This document shows positions 53,015-64,000 of a stretch of DNA of 64,000 nucleotides, piece after piece (position 1 is the first letter of the stretch; each line of letters opens with the position of its first letter). The translations under genes and the position numbers were made by a program. The stretch is from Podarcis vaucheri (Eukaryota). A model generated the notes under the pieces. The model was not told the origin of the DNA. It searched no databases and was given only the letters and a program-made list of their open reading frames with translations. Where the stretch lies: assembly GCA_965113315.1 (NCBI GenBank), contig OZ220367.1. One strand, 5' to 3'.

Positions 53015-53902
53015 TCCTAAATCATTGCAAAACACCATCCCAAGGAGGCAGGAGCTGCAATGTAATGAGTACTTTGGCCCTTAGACTTCACATTGCTGAA
53101 AGAATCACAGTTGTTCAATTATGTATCATGACTTTTCTTAACAGTCTGATCCTAAGACTTACTGAACCACTAAGACCACACGTCCAGTAAATGCCTTTTT
53201 CTGCACGTAGCACCAGCAACATGTTCTAAATGTCCTTATTTCCTTAATATGTGCATGAAGTCATCTTTGCTTCCTGACAAAATAGTTTCTAATAGAATTA
53301 TTATCATCTGGCAATATTTCTTTCTGGGCAGTTGAGCAACATCTGACGCTGAGCGAGCCTTTCAATTCACCTTTTGACATCTGAAAAGTATTTAGAAAGC
53401 CTCATTATACCATTATTTTAATAGTTCATATCTTTTCATTTCTTTTCTTCAATGTTTAATTTCTTTTTTAAAATTCAGATCCTAAAGTTTAAACATTTCC
53501 TCTATAATATAATATGTGAATGAGTATAAATCTTCCATTTGTTAGTAGAACAGAAAAGCAGGGCTAATATGCAACCGAATACCAAAGGAAGATTGTTGCC
53601 TTTGTGACTTGTTGTGACCTTTCCAAAGGTATCTGACTGACCAATATCAGAAGCAGACTGCTGAAGCAAAGTTTTTAGTTTATAGTTTCATCTCTCAAAT
53701 CACCACCTTTTAAAAAAAAAAAACCCAATGAGAGTGCTGGTTTGCTTGATTATTTGACAAGTAATAAGAGTAATAAGAAATAAGAGGCGGCTTCTCGCCC
53801 CCTCCTTTAGGAGATCACTTGGGTAAAGGAAGGCTAGTCCTAAAGAATCCTTAGAAGTTTTTGAAACTGATTGTGTTTTTGGTTACGTTCTGTGCTCCCA
53901 TA

Positions 53903-54119
53903 CAGGCAATCCTTGTTTTGCGCAGAGGTTATGTTCCAGTCTCCCATGTAGGTGGAGCATGTGTAAGCTCCACCCACGCTCCTGTTCTACCCTGCCCATT
54001 CTGCCCCATTGCAACTCTTTTTGTGACGTCATTATGATGTTTTGGGGCTACTTTGAGGTTCAGCGTCATGTTTGTGTGTGGGCAATCGCATTTAGATGCG
54101 CCTAAATCGGTCTGGCCTG
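53903..54119. mobile_element. Diverged TA-flanked MITE
   Basis: ta|caggc...gcctg|ta termini. Confidence 0.55.
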
Positions 54120-54271
54120 TACTATATCTTGCTGTTACGTAAATATTGCTGTTTTAAAGTAAACTTAAGCTTTTATTTATCTCAAGTAATGTGATTCATA
54201 TTTAATGATTATACTATACCCCTTAGGGCCCAAATGAAACACAGGGGTACTTTTTTAATGGATAATCTCAC

Positions 54272-54441
54272 ACGTATTTACTTGAGTCTAATGCGCCATT
54301 GAATCTAATGCACACCTCAATTTTCAGAACCTTGAAACCTTGCTGGCGAATGTAAATGGGCCATCGAATCTAATGTGCACCTTAATTTTCACAAAGTAAT
54401 TTAGCCAAAAAAGATGATTCATTAGATTCAAGTAAATACGG
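54272..54441. mobile_element. pogo/Tc2-type MITE, diverged
   Basis: cgtatttacttgagtctaatg / cattagattcaagtaaatacgg TIRs. Confidence 0.7.
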
Positions 54442-55800
54442 TAGTTAACACAAGTAACTTAAGAGTTTGCTTAGCTATGGGGTTGTGCGAACTGATCTGA
54501 AAGGAGCATTCAGTGACAGCTGCCTTCTGCATAGTGAGCAGTGGGGGTGGGGAGAGACACCACTCATATATCTTGGCCTTTGCAATAAGTTCCTGAAGAA
54601 TATACTGACAATTGATTGTGCCAAGGAACTATTATCTATAAACTGCCTATAGTTCATTCTTTAGTGATAGTAATACCCTTTTATGGTAAATGAAACTTCT
54701 CTAATATGACAGTGGGGAGTTTCAGTGACATAATGTTTTCCATGTCATGTTTTTCCCCTCAAGCTAAATTTCACATTCTTTCACTTTTGATCAGAGCTTT
54801 TCATCAAGCAACTTGATTTGTACGATAGCATTTTTGGGGGATAGCTTTAACACTTGGAAGAATTTATGCTGTTTCATTCCAAAGAAGCTTGCAGTATTTT
54901 TTTGTACTTGCCGCTGATAAGGGACTAGACCTCTGTGAAGCCACTCTTTTTCCTTAACAGACTTGCATCTAGACATATATAGAGAGTGTGCTGATAATTA
55001 TTGTGTGTGTGGATGTATAAAGTGAGTGATATCAGCAGAAGAATAGGACTACATTCTTTGTTCTTATTTGATTGTTGAAAAACCGAATTACAGATTGGTA
55101 TATTGCTACACTGTAATTTTGGTTTAGGAATGCACTGAACAATTTGTAATGTGCATGCAGTTATTGTCTAGATTAGCAACTGGGTACAGATCGTTGTCAA
55201 ACCTTTTCAGTCTGCCCATTCTGGAAGCTGTCACAGGGGCTACCTCTCTCCTCTTGCTTTTGCATACCCACCTTTTGTGCTTTCATTTTTTATCCTTTCC
55301 CCGCCCTTCATGGGCCAACTTGGGGGAAGACCACCATCATGACATCAGGTGATAATTTCAAAGAGTCTGGCTCCGAGAGCTCACTTTTGAGAGGATTGCT
55401 TTCTGATTGGTGTAGAGAGCCCTCTCCTCTGAGATCCCTTTGTAAGCAATTTGAATACAAACCACCCACAAAAAAAAGAATTCACAGGGCTGGCTCTCTG
55501 TACCCATCAGCTGATAGGCAAGGAAGGCCATCCCCTCTGAAATCCTTTTGTCCAAACCACTTGAAAACTCAGATCACAGGGCTGGTTTCCTGCATTAATT
55601 AGCAGGAAGAGCCATCCTCTCTGGAGCATGTTTGTAAATGCCAGCAGAGTTCAAAGAGCTGGCTTTCCGTGCTGATCAGTTGATGGGTGCAGAGAGCTGG
55701 CCGTTTAAAGTCTGCTTGCCAGTGACCATTAACAAACAGTCCCACCAGGAACTCCCTAACGTAGCTAATCCCCCAGTGGAGCTCCCCATTAACACTTAGG

Positions 55801-55917
55801 CACCGTTTCTCAAACTTGGGTCTCCAGCTGCTGTTGGACTACCATTCCCATCATCCCTGACCAGTGGTCCTGCTGTAGTCCAACAACAGCTGGAGATCGA
55901 AGTTTGAGGAAATACTG
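55801..55917. mobile_element. Diverged hAT-type MITE
   Basis: Palindromic body sharing ttcccatcatccctgacc core with the 32748 family. Confidence 0.65.
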
Positions 55918-56447
55918 ATAGAGGAGGCCCTACTTGGAAAGGAACAATGTAAGGAACAATAACCTAGGACATCAGGTGTGGGTAAAGAGGGTGTAGCTGG
56001 ACGGAAATAGCCTCAGGGGCCAAATTAGGACCCCTGCTGTGACTAATTGGGCTCACAGGCTGGGAGTTTGCCAGCCCTATTTTGGAAACTTAGAGGGAGA
56101 CCAGTAGGGCATAAGCAGGCTAGAGGAAGCGAGACCTCCATAGTCTTGGGCATGAATGTGTTATTGGAGCTGCTTTGCCTCCATGGATATAATATTCACT
56201 TGTCTGAAATAAGGGTAACTTATGTCATTTATGCCAATACTGTCCACCTGTGTGGCATGTTTGCTCCAGTCCTTCCTCCTTCTGACAGAATAAAGTCATT
56301 CTTGAGATTCAGGTTAGGAATGGTTTAGTTTTATTCACAAATAAGAAAGAATGCAGTTGTATGCTCACAGAAATTTCATGATGAAATGGCTTGTTCTGTG
56401 ATCACATATGCTAAAGAAAGACTTGTTGTATCTTTGCTTTTATGCAG

Positions 56448-57123
56448 GTTTCTAACAGGAGATCTGTCAGATTCTGAAAGTGACATATTTGAGCAATTCA
56501 AAGAATGGACTACCCAGGCAGCTGAAGAGCAGCAGCAAGCTTTTAGTCATGGGATAGAACTTATTCCCTGGTATGTGCTGTCAATCAGAGCTGACATCCA
56601 CCAGTTCATGCTGCAAGGCGCAACAGTCATACATTATGACCAGGAGACACACATTTCAGCACGGTGCTTCCTTCAGCTTCAGCCTGACAGTAGTACGTTG
56701 ACGTGGGTGAAACCCACCACTGCTTGCACTGCAAATTCTAAAGTGAAACTGAGCATGCTGGGTAGCACGGCTGACCTTGGGAAGTTTCAGTTTCTTGGCA
56801 ATACTGGATTAAATGGACTTGTGGAGGGTTGCTTAGACTTGTTCTCCGCAAAGGCTGTGTATATGGGGCATTCTGGCATTGATATGCATGCTGTGTGTGT
56901 TCAGAACAAACTTTGCAACATGTCCCTTAAAGAAAACGGTGTGACGCTATTATACGGTCTTCAAACTACTGAAAATAAGTTGTTGCACTTCGTTGCTCCA
57001 AAATATACTGCTAAAATGCTCTTTGATGGATTGATGGAATTAATGAATGCTATCAGAAAGATGAAGAGATTTCCTGATCAGAGATTGCAGTGGCTGCGGA
57101 AACAATATGTCAGCCTCTACCAG
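56448..57123 (+). CDS. PLCE1: PLCE1 coding exon (exon 8 equivalent), PH-domain region, 676 nt
   Basis: tatgcag|G acceptor, CAG|gtaaac donor; [10 protein letters not shown]...[28 protein letters not shown]...[18 protein letters not shown]. Confidence 0.97.
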
Positions 57124-57388
57124 GTAAACGGTTGATTTTCCCTGTTCCCTAGCAGGCAGAACACATGCCATAATTTGCCCACTGAACCCCTAGAGCAATC
57201 TCTTTTCCATTCTCCTCACTCCTCACTCCATAATTCTATTAACTACTCATGTTAGTCCCTTGGGGCCCTAATCCAGCCTACTCAATGTTCTTCTGCTCCT
57301 GTGCAGGTAAAAAAAACCACCACACCATTATATTTCTTTTTAAATTCCATATCTTGTGCACTTTAATAAAGCTGAGGACTTTTATTAG

Positions 57389-57571
57389 GAGGACGGTCGA
57401 TATGAAGGCCCAACGTTGGCTCAAGCCGTTGAATTGTTTGGAGGGAGGCGCTGGAGTACAAGAAATACAAGCCCAGGAAGCCTGACCAAAAATGTAGAGA
57501 AGCCAGGCGTGCAGAGAAACAACACACTAGGAATCAGCACAGCTAAGAAAAAGAAGAAAGTACTCATGAGG
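57389..57571 (+). CDS. PLCE1: PLCE1 coding exon (exon 9 equivalent), 183 nt
   Basis: ttattag|GAG acceptor, AGG|gtagga donor; [23 protein letters not shown]...[20 protein letters not shown]. Confidence 0.96.
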
Positions 57572-58624
57572 GTAGGACGTTTGTTATTTAATGTTGTTGG
57601 AGGCATGATTGAAGCTTCATTGTCCAGGGCTTTCTCCCTTCCTTCCCCCCACATGCCCCCCAAATTGGCTTGCAGAGGGGGGGGGAGTCAGGAGAACCTC
57701 CAGAACAGAAAGTGGGGTAGGGGACCGTCCCTCTATTTCAACTTGTTTGCATATCATTTACTTCAAAACAGTGGGTTTCTTTGTTGCATAATAATACAGA
57801 GGTTTGCCTATGTTTAAACTGAAATAGAATATTCTGGGTGGTATCTTTTTTACTTCTGAGTAGAGACTTTTTCTTATGGAAAGCAAAGAGAAGGGAAGTA
57901 TCATGCATCTGAAGCATACATAGTATTTTTGCCTATCCAGAAAGTATAACTCAATGAGAAAAGCACTTGCAGGAAAGGCAAAATCAAGTCAAGTTAAACT
58001 TCCGGACCTGCCAATGAACATTCTGTACTGGAGTTGCAAAAAGGAAGGTTGAAACAGGAGGCAGTGGAAGAATCTTAAGTTCAAAAGCGTCTTCTTAATA
58101 GATAGTAACACTTGGAGGACAAACACAGGAAGTTCCTTCGGGGAGCCCTGGTGCACCCAGACTCCATGCTATGCAGGATCAGCCCCTCAGCAAGGAGCTC
58201 TTTGGCACACTAAACAGGATTGCTCTCCTTTTGCATCAGCCAATGGGCAGCTGGGTCCCACTTAGTGTTGGACTCAGGGGGCTGGAGCGCTCTTGTGCAC
58301 CCAAACTCTTGTGCACTAAGTAGGATTGTTCTCCCTTTACATTGGCTGTTGGTGAAGAGAGAGCGTTCATGCTTAGTGCTGGGTTCCTGCTTAGCACAGG
58401 GCTTCCAAGACTCCCAAAAACCAGCTGGTTAACCATAGGGTCAAACTCCATCCTCACCTGTATGCTGTCACGTGTAGGGCAGGTGAGTGTGGCTTGTCCC
58501 AAATGGCCCACTGGCCAGAGGTTTCCCAGCCTTGAATGCCTCCAGTGGAGGACAGAGGAACATACAAGCCCAGGAGAAGGCTTGGTTCATTCATATAGAA
58601 CTAAGCCACGGTTATTTAGCATTA

Positions 58625-58850
58625 CAGTGGTACCTTGGGTTAAGTACTTAATTCGTTCCGGAGGTCCGTACGTAACCTGAAACTGTTCTTAACCTGAAGC
58701 ACCACTTTAGCTAATGGGGCCTCCTGCTGCCGCCGCACCACCGGAGCACGATTTCTGTTCTCATCCTGAAGCAAAGTTCTTAACCTGAAGCAATATTTCT
58801 GGGTTAGCAGAGTCTTTAACCTGAAGCATATGTAACCCGAGGTACCACTG
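58625..58850. mobile_element. Tc1/mariner MITE (same family as 35610-35842)
   Basis: Same TIRs and ttcttaacctgaa repeats, TA TSD. Confidence 0.9.
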
Positions 58851-59056
58851 TACATCTGAACATGGCTAATATGTAGAAAATTTGGTTTCTTAAGTTTTTG
58901 CAAGACTCTTAATCAAGGCTTGAACCTGTGGGCAAAGAGTAAGATTTAGTCAAATGTACCTTTATCAATTTGATAGCCTATTCAGCTGGTTTATGACAAT
59001 GGCATAGGACCAAGCCAGCCAGCTGAAGGGCTTCATAAAATGGTCCGTTTCTGTAT

Positions 59057-59058
59057 AA

Positions 59059-59093
<35 letters not shown>

Positions 59094-59445
59094 AGTTATT
59101 TATACCTCGCCCGGTATATTTATACCGGTTATTTATACCATCTGGCCAGGCCTCCCCAGCCACTCTGGGCGGCTTCCAACAAAATACTAAAATACAGTAA
59201 TCCATCAAACATTAAAAGCTTCCCTAAACAGGGCTGCTTGCAGATGTCTTCTAAAAGTCTGGTAGTTGTTTTTCTCTTTGACATCTGGTGGGAGGGCGTT
59301 CTGCAGGGCGGGTGCCACCACCGATAAGGCCCTCTGCCTGGTTCCCTGTAACTTGGCTTCTCACAGTGAGGGAACCACCAGAAGGCCCTCAGCACTGGAC
59401 CTCAGTGTCCAGGTAGAATGATGGGGGTGGAGACACTCCTTCAGG
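59057..59445 (-). mobile_element. L2-clade LINE 3' fragment with (TTTA)n tail
   Basis: Minus strand encodes RALSVVAPALQNALPPDVK...FRRHLQAALFREAF; terminal gaagccgcccagagtggctgg...ggtataaata. Confidence 0.85.
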
Positions 59446-60064
59446 GGCATTGCCTGTGGGTTTGCTTGTTTGTGTTTTAAAATGGTCATTAGCAAATATG
59501 GAGCCCTTCATTTTGAATCAAGACTGTGGCATTTTTGCAGGGAGGGGAGGCTTTTAAAAAACAACTTTCCCCATCCCCCCCCTTCCTTAGGGAGAAGCCC
59601 TCCCAAACTACACTTTGCCCTGTAAGGCTGAGGAAGAATGTACAGGTATCAAATTGGTACCTGTCTGTTTTGCTCCGAGAGGCAAACAGCAGCTTTGGGA
59701 AGGACTAATTTCCCTGGCAAAGTGCACAGAGGAAAGGCTTAATCTCCCCATCCCACAAGTATCGCATCTCCAGTTTGGATCATTGCCCTTCCCTCCTTAG
59801 GGTTACATTTTTAAACCCCATGGGCTCTCATCCATGGATCTCTGGATGGTTTCATCCATGGATGAAACACCTTGATTGGACCTCAAATGAATACCTAATG
59901 ATCATTTTCTTTGATGTGCTACCTGCATCCCTTTTGTCTCAGCAAACCGATTATAGCTTGCTTGAATACATGTTCCACATACAGCTTTGCAACTTACAAA
60001 ATGGATGTTGGTTTTAATATGCAGTGTTTCTAAAGATGTTCATTATGAAGGTCACTGTTTTAAG

Positions 60065-60182
60065 GGTGAAAGTGGAGATGGCACTGATGATGAAATGGCA
60101 ACCCGAAAAGCAAGACCTTTTAAGGAAAATCGGAGTAGAAGTGGTTCAGACCCTCAGGATATTGATGAGCAGGAAGAAGCAG
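60065..60182 (+). CDS. PLCE1: PLCE1 coding exon (exon 10 equivalent), 118 nt
   Basis: ttttaag|GGT acceptor, G|gtacgt donor; [39 protein letters not shown]. Confidence 0.95.
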
Positions 60183-60194
60183 GTACGTGCTTTC

Positions 60195-60195
<1 letters not shown>

Positions 60196-60231
<36 letters not shown>
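60196..60231. repeat. (GT)n microsatellite just after the exon-10 donor
   Basis: Direct reading. Confidence 0.95.
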
Positions 60232-60234
<3 letters not shown>

Positions 60235-60694
60235 GCAAAGGACCTCAAATAATCATTTGGGGATCTCCAAGCAGTGAGTTATCCCTTATTTATTGCTTGA
60301 TTGTGCTTCTCGAGCTGCTTCCAATGTTTAGGAGCAGCTTTGGGGGCAATGTAGGAGACTACAGTATTTGGAGGGCGGGTCCAAAGCATTGATGTGTGTG
60401 TATAGCTATCTTTCTAGGAAGACTATAATTTTGCTTTTTTAAAAAGAAAAGAAAAGAAAGCTCAGTCTGGAGTCCTGCTGGCTGCTGGGCAGCAACATCA
60501 CTATCCTCTGTACCCAGCCCTGGGTGAAAGCGTAGGAGTTGCAAAGAAAATAAATTAAAAAATCAGTTGCCTTCTCCTTCAGTTTTTCCTGTCTGACAAA
60601 TGGCTTTGTGCAACATGAAAACTTGGCCACATTTTCATAATCTGGTGATAATTGTAGTAAAATATATTCATTTAGCTATATTTTACACCACTAC

Positions 60695-60941
60695 AGCCAG
60701 TGTGGTGTAGTGGTTAAGAGCGGTAGACTCGTAATCTGGTGAACCGGGTTCGCGTCTCTGCTCCTCCACATGCAGCTGTTGGGTGACCTTGAGCTAGTCA
60801 CACTTCTTTGAAGTCTCTCAGCCTCACTCACTTCACAGAGTATTTGTTGTGAGGGAGGGAGGGAAAGGAGATTGTTAGCCGCTTTGAGACTCCTTAGGGT
60901 AGTGACAAAGCGGGATATCAAATCCAAACTCCTCTTCTTCT
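60695..60941 (+). mobile_element. tRNA-derived squamate SINE (Squam3-like)
   Basis: A box tggtgtagtgg, B box ggttcgcgtc, L2-like 3' end gttagccgctttgag...gcgggatat and (ttc) tail. Confidence 0.8.
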
Positions 60942-61050
60942 AATTTCTTGTGAGTTTCATTTTTGCTGCTCTAACAGGGCTCTTTTTCCCCTTCTTTTTT
61001 TGAAAGGGGGTATTATAAATGCTATGATACAAATTTGCTTTTCTTCTTAG

Positions 61051-61213
61051 AACCAACTCTTCTGGTTACTTTTCCTGCTACCAACACTCTGCCTTCCAGA
61101 AGAACACAATCCCTGATTACCTCAGTGCCACCTAATGTAACACCTGGGGTCTCGTCACCTGTCAGGCCGGTGTCTTCTCCTGTGATGTCATCATCAATAA
61201 AAGGTCAATCCAG
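61051..61213 (+). CDS. PLCE1: PLCE1 coding exon (exon 11 equivalent), 163 nt
   Basis: ttcttag|AA acceptor, AG|gtaaga donor; (E)[21 protein letters not shown]...[20 protein letters not shown]. Confidence 0.93.
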
Positions 61214-61489
61214 GTAAGAGAAAGCATCACTGAACATGTGTGTTTCTGTGTGTCCTGAAATTCTAAAACCTATACTGAGTTCACTCCTTAGTCCATGTTG
61301 AGTGTTGGGATTGAGGTGTTTGAAATCTACAGATGCCTCTGGAATTCCTTTATAGTTTTTCCCATTAGCAGTCGATAAGTGGCTTACTTTTAGCTGGCAA
61401 ACTAATGGACTGCTTTTTTAGTTTTGTGTGTGTGTGTGTGTGTGTGCAGACACAGTGATAGTTTCCATTACATACCTTTATTTTTTTAG

Positions 61490-61612
61490 CACATGGAGCA
61501 GCAGCAGCTGGCATGGAAGAGGAAAAGGGGGGCTGAAGGGCTTCCAAACCTGTATGGTTTCCGATAGCAACATGAGCTTTGTTGAGTTTGTGGAGCTCTT
61601 CAAGTCTTTCAG
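61490..61612 (+). CDS. PLCE1: PLCE1 coding exon (exon 12 equivalent), 123 nt
   Basis: tttttag|C acceptor, AG|gtaaaa donor; (S)[40 protein letters not shown]. Confidence 0.96.
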
Positions 61613-61705
61613 GTAAAATCTCTTTTATTGATTATTACCTGAGAGTTTTTTAAAAAACCAATGTTTTAACAAGAATTGATAATAAAATGCATCATATATG
61701 AACAG

Positions 61706-61842
61706 CGTTCGAAGCCGCAAGGATCTGAAGGAGCTTTTCGACATATACGCCGTGCCCTGCAATCGACTGGGTTCTGATTCCGTTCCACTGTATACCTCTC
61801 TGAAGATTGATGAGAACACAAATGGACTTCAGCCAGATTTAG
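61706..61842 (+). CDS. PLCE1: PLCE1 coding exon (exon 13 equivalent), EF-hand region, 137 nt; absent from the ORF track
   Basis: aacag|C acceptor, G|gtaaga donor; (S)[45 protein letters not shown]. Confidence 0.95.
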
Positions 61843-62056
61843 GTAAGATAAATTAATTTGACTTGGTCGTGTGTTGGAGTTGAGCCTGGGAGCTAAGTGT
61901 TTGGTGCTGGTCACGTCACCTTCTCTCTCAATTCCATTTCTGTAAGATATGGACAGTGGCATGCCTCACTGAACAGTTGTTGAAAGAAAAATATTTTAAA
62001 GTTTTATAAAGCGCTTCACAGATTTAAAAATGTTCTACAAATAATGAATAAATAAA

Positions 62057-62391
62057 AAGGTGAAGGACCCCCTGGATGGTTAAGTCCAGTCGAATTTGAC
62101 TGTGGGATGCGGCGCTCATTTCACTTTCAGGCTGAGAGAGCCAGCGATTGACCACAGACAGCTTTCTGGGTCATGTGGCCAGCATGACTAAACCGCTTCT
62201 GGCACAACAGAACACCATGATTAGTGTCAGAGTGCACAGAAACAGTTTACCTTCCCACCGCAGCAGTACCTATTTATCAATTTGCGCTGGTATGCTTTTG
62301 AACTGCTAGGTTGGCAGGAGCTGGGACAGAGCAACAGGAGCTCACCCCATCGCATGGATTCAAACTGCCAACCTTACAATTGGCAAGCGCC
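62057..62391 (-). mobile_element. Sauria SINE, diverged, antisense
   Basis: Reverse complement of the SINE body (gggtcatgtggccagcatgactaa, tacctatttat, gaactgctaggttggcaggagctgggac). Confidence 0.85.
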
Positions 62392-62402
62392 ACACACATC
62401 TC

Positions 62403-62406
<4 letters not shown>

Positions 62407-62444
<38 letters not shown>
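62407..62444. repeat. (AG)n microsatellite
   Basis: Direct reading. Confidence 0.95.
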
Positions 62445-62449
<5 letters not shown>

Positions 62450-62557
62450 TCTGCAGTTGTGTTCCTTCAAAGTTCCTTGACCATTTAGGACTTAAAAGTT
62501 AAAACTAGTAGTTTGACCATCGTATAAAGTATTTATGTTCATATTTTTATCTTTCAG

Positions 62558-62796
62558 ATTTACTGACTAGGAACATATCTGATTTGGGCTTGTTCATTAA
62601 GAGCAGACAGCAGCTATCAGACAACCAGAGACAAATTTCTGACGCTATTGCTGCCGCAAGCATTGTTACTAATGGCACTGGAGTGGAGAGCACATCTCTG
62701 GGAATATTTGGAGTGGGCATCCAGCAACTCAATGACTTCTTAGTAAATTGCCAAGGAGAACACTACACATATGATGAAATCCTCAGTATTATTCAG
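62558..62796 (+). CDS. PLCE1: PLCE1 coding exon (exon 14 equivalent), 239 nt; gene continues beyond the window
   Basis: ctttcag|AT acceptor, CAG|gtgtgt donor; (D)[41 protein letters not shown]...[24 protein letters not shown]. Confidence 0.96.
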
Positions 62797-64000
62797 GTGT
62801 GTAATGCTAAGCTATTGGAATTCTAATCACAGGGCTTCTCAATTCCTCTCTTAGAACCAGGAGCAACCACCATATTTAAATTGGTGTGGCAGCATCAGTA
62901 ACATAGAGAACATGGAACACATGCAGCTGCCTTGTACTGAGGACGATTTATTGGCCCATCAGTATTGTTGACTCTGGCTGGCAGTGACATTCCAGGGTTT
63001 CAGAATGGGACATTCCCAGCTGTACCCTGAGATATGGAGAGTGAACTATGGCCCTTCCCCAGTCCAATTAAAGTTCAGTGTTTTTAAATCCCATTGTTTT
63101 CAGCAATAAAAAGTTGGGCACGTAGCTGAATCATGGCCAAAATTCATACTGGGCACAGAAATAAAAAGCTGCAAGCAAGCCTGTTAGGAAGGGAAGAACT
63201 GGTGGACATCTCACCAGTGTACCAATTTAACATAACCTCTTCAGTCAGCTAGCTCCAGGAGGATGCAGACATCACACAGATGTTGGTCTTAAAGACATCT
63301 AAGCTGAATTTGGAGTTTTTACTAAGGGATCCCTATAAGCATTAATGGGAGACATGCAATAAATTTGTGAAGTGTTTCTGCACAAGTCAATGTTTGCAAG
63401 CTTCTTTCAGAAGCTGACCTTTCCCCACCACTGGCTAGCAGAGAGAAGCTAGCTCGCCCCTGCTGGCAGATTGGCCGATAAACCTCCTGGGCTTGACTTA
63501 TGGAGGGGTTGGGGCTATGTATTTGTTCCTGGACCGATGTGGGTAGCGTCTCCCCCACCAATATTAGCTGTGGCTTGCTGTATCTTCCTTTCTCATGTGA
63601 GAGTGGTCTTTGCCTAGTTATAAACTGGCAGCCAGGAGAGAGCAGGGCAGAGGCATTGCCATAGTTCTGGGAGTTATGGTGTGAGAAGTGGGGCAGGCCA
63701 GGTAAGGGGCATGTGGCATGAATAATTAGTGACCGTGTTGTGTGCTGGTTGCCTCTCTGACAGTCGCTTTTGTCTGGGCAAATGGAAGAAAGTTTCAGTA
63801 TTCTGTCCTGTCTACCATTTGTCATTTCCCCCTGGTCCATGCCTTGCTTTGCAGGTGTTGGGCATGACCTGCATTTGAAGACCTGAATTTGACACCGTCA
63901 TGCCTAATTCTGCCCCCAGTAATGCATTAGCTGGATACAAATAAATTATGTTGCCAAAACTGTGTATAACATCTAAACGCATTTGTCAGGGGTTTAGGAG

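Noticed and set aside
56386-56447. ATG-initiated 5' extension of the exon-8 ORF
   Set aside because: Intronic read-through upstream of a canonical acceptor; homology starts at 56448
60695-60770. tRNA gene
   Set aside because: A/B boxes belong to a SINE head that continues into SINE body and tail; no complete cloverleaf
63322-63840. 172-aa minus-strand ORF
   Set aside because: No recognisable homology; the next PLCE1 exon (expected KFEP...) is not in this region either

Overview
Vertebrate genomic DNA, most likely a lacertid lizard (Podarcis/Lacerta-like, judged from Sauria/Squam SINEs and squamate L1, L2, CR1, RTE, Penelope and MITE families). The window lies inside the PLCE1 (phospholipase C epsilon 1) gene on the + strand. 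Twelve coding exons (human-equivalent exons 3-14, numbering from memory) splice with canonical GT-AG sites and consistent phases into 2859 nt (953 codons) with no stop, covering the CDC25/RasGEF, PH and EF-hand regions; the gene continues past both window ends. Introns contain many transposable elements, several young with intact TSDs. Most notable: (1) a 310-nt exon-like segment (5546-5855) resembling the mammalian PLC-epsilon-1b alternative N-terminal exon, but with in-frame stops and three AUG-stop elements; (2) a Penelope-like element with a minimal hammerhead ribozyme on the pre-mRNA strand; (3) a young L1 inserted in one copy of a 235-bp tandem duplication, with the empty site preserved next to it and templated filler at its 5' junction; (4) a 36-nt intronic copy of exon 6 differing only at synonymous positions. 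Most entries in the ORF track are spurious.
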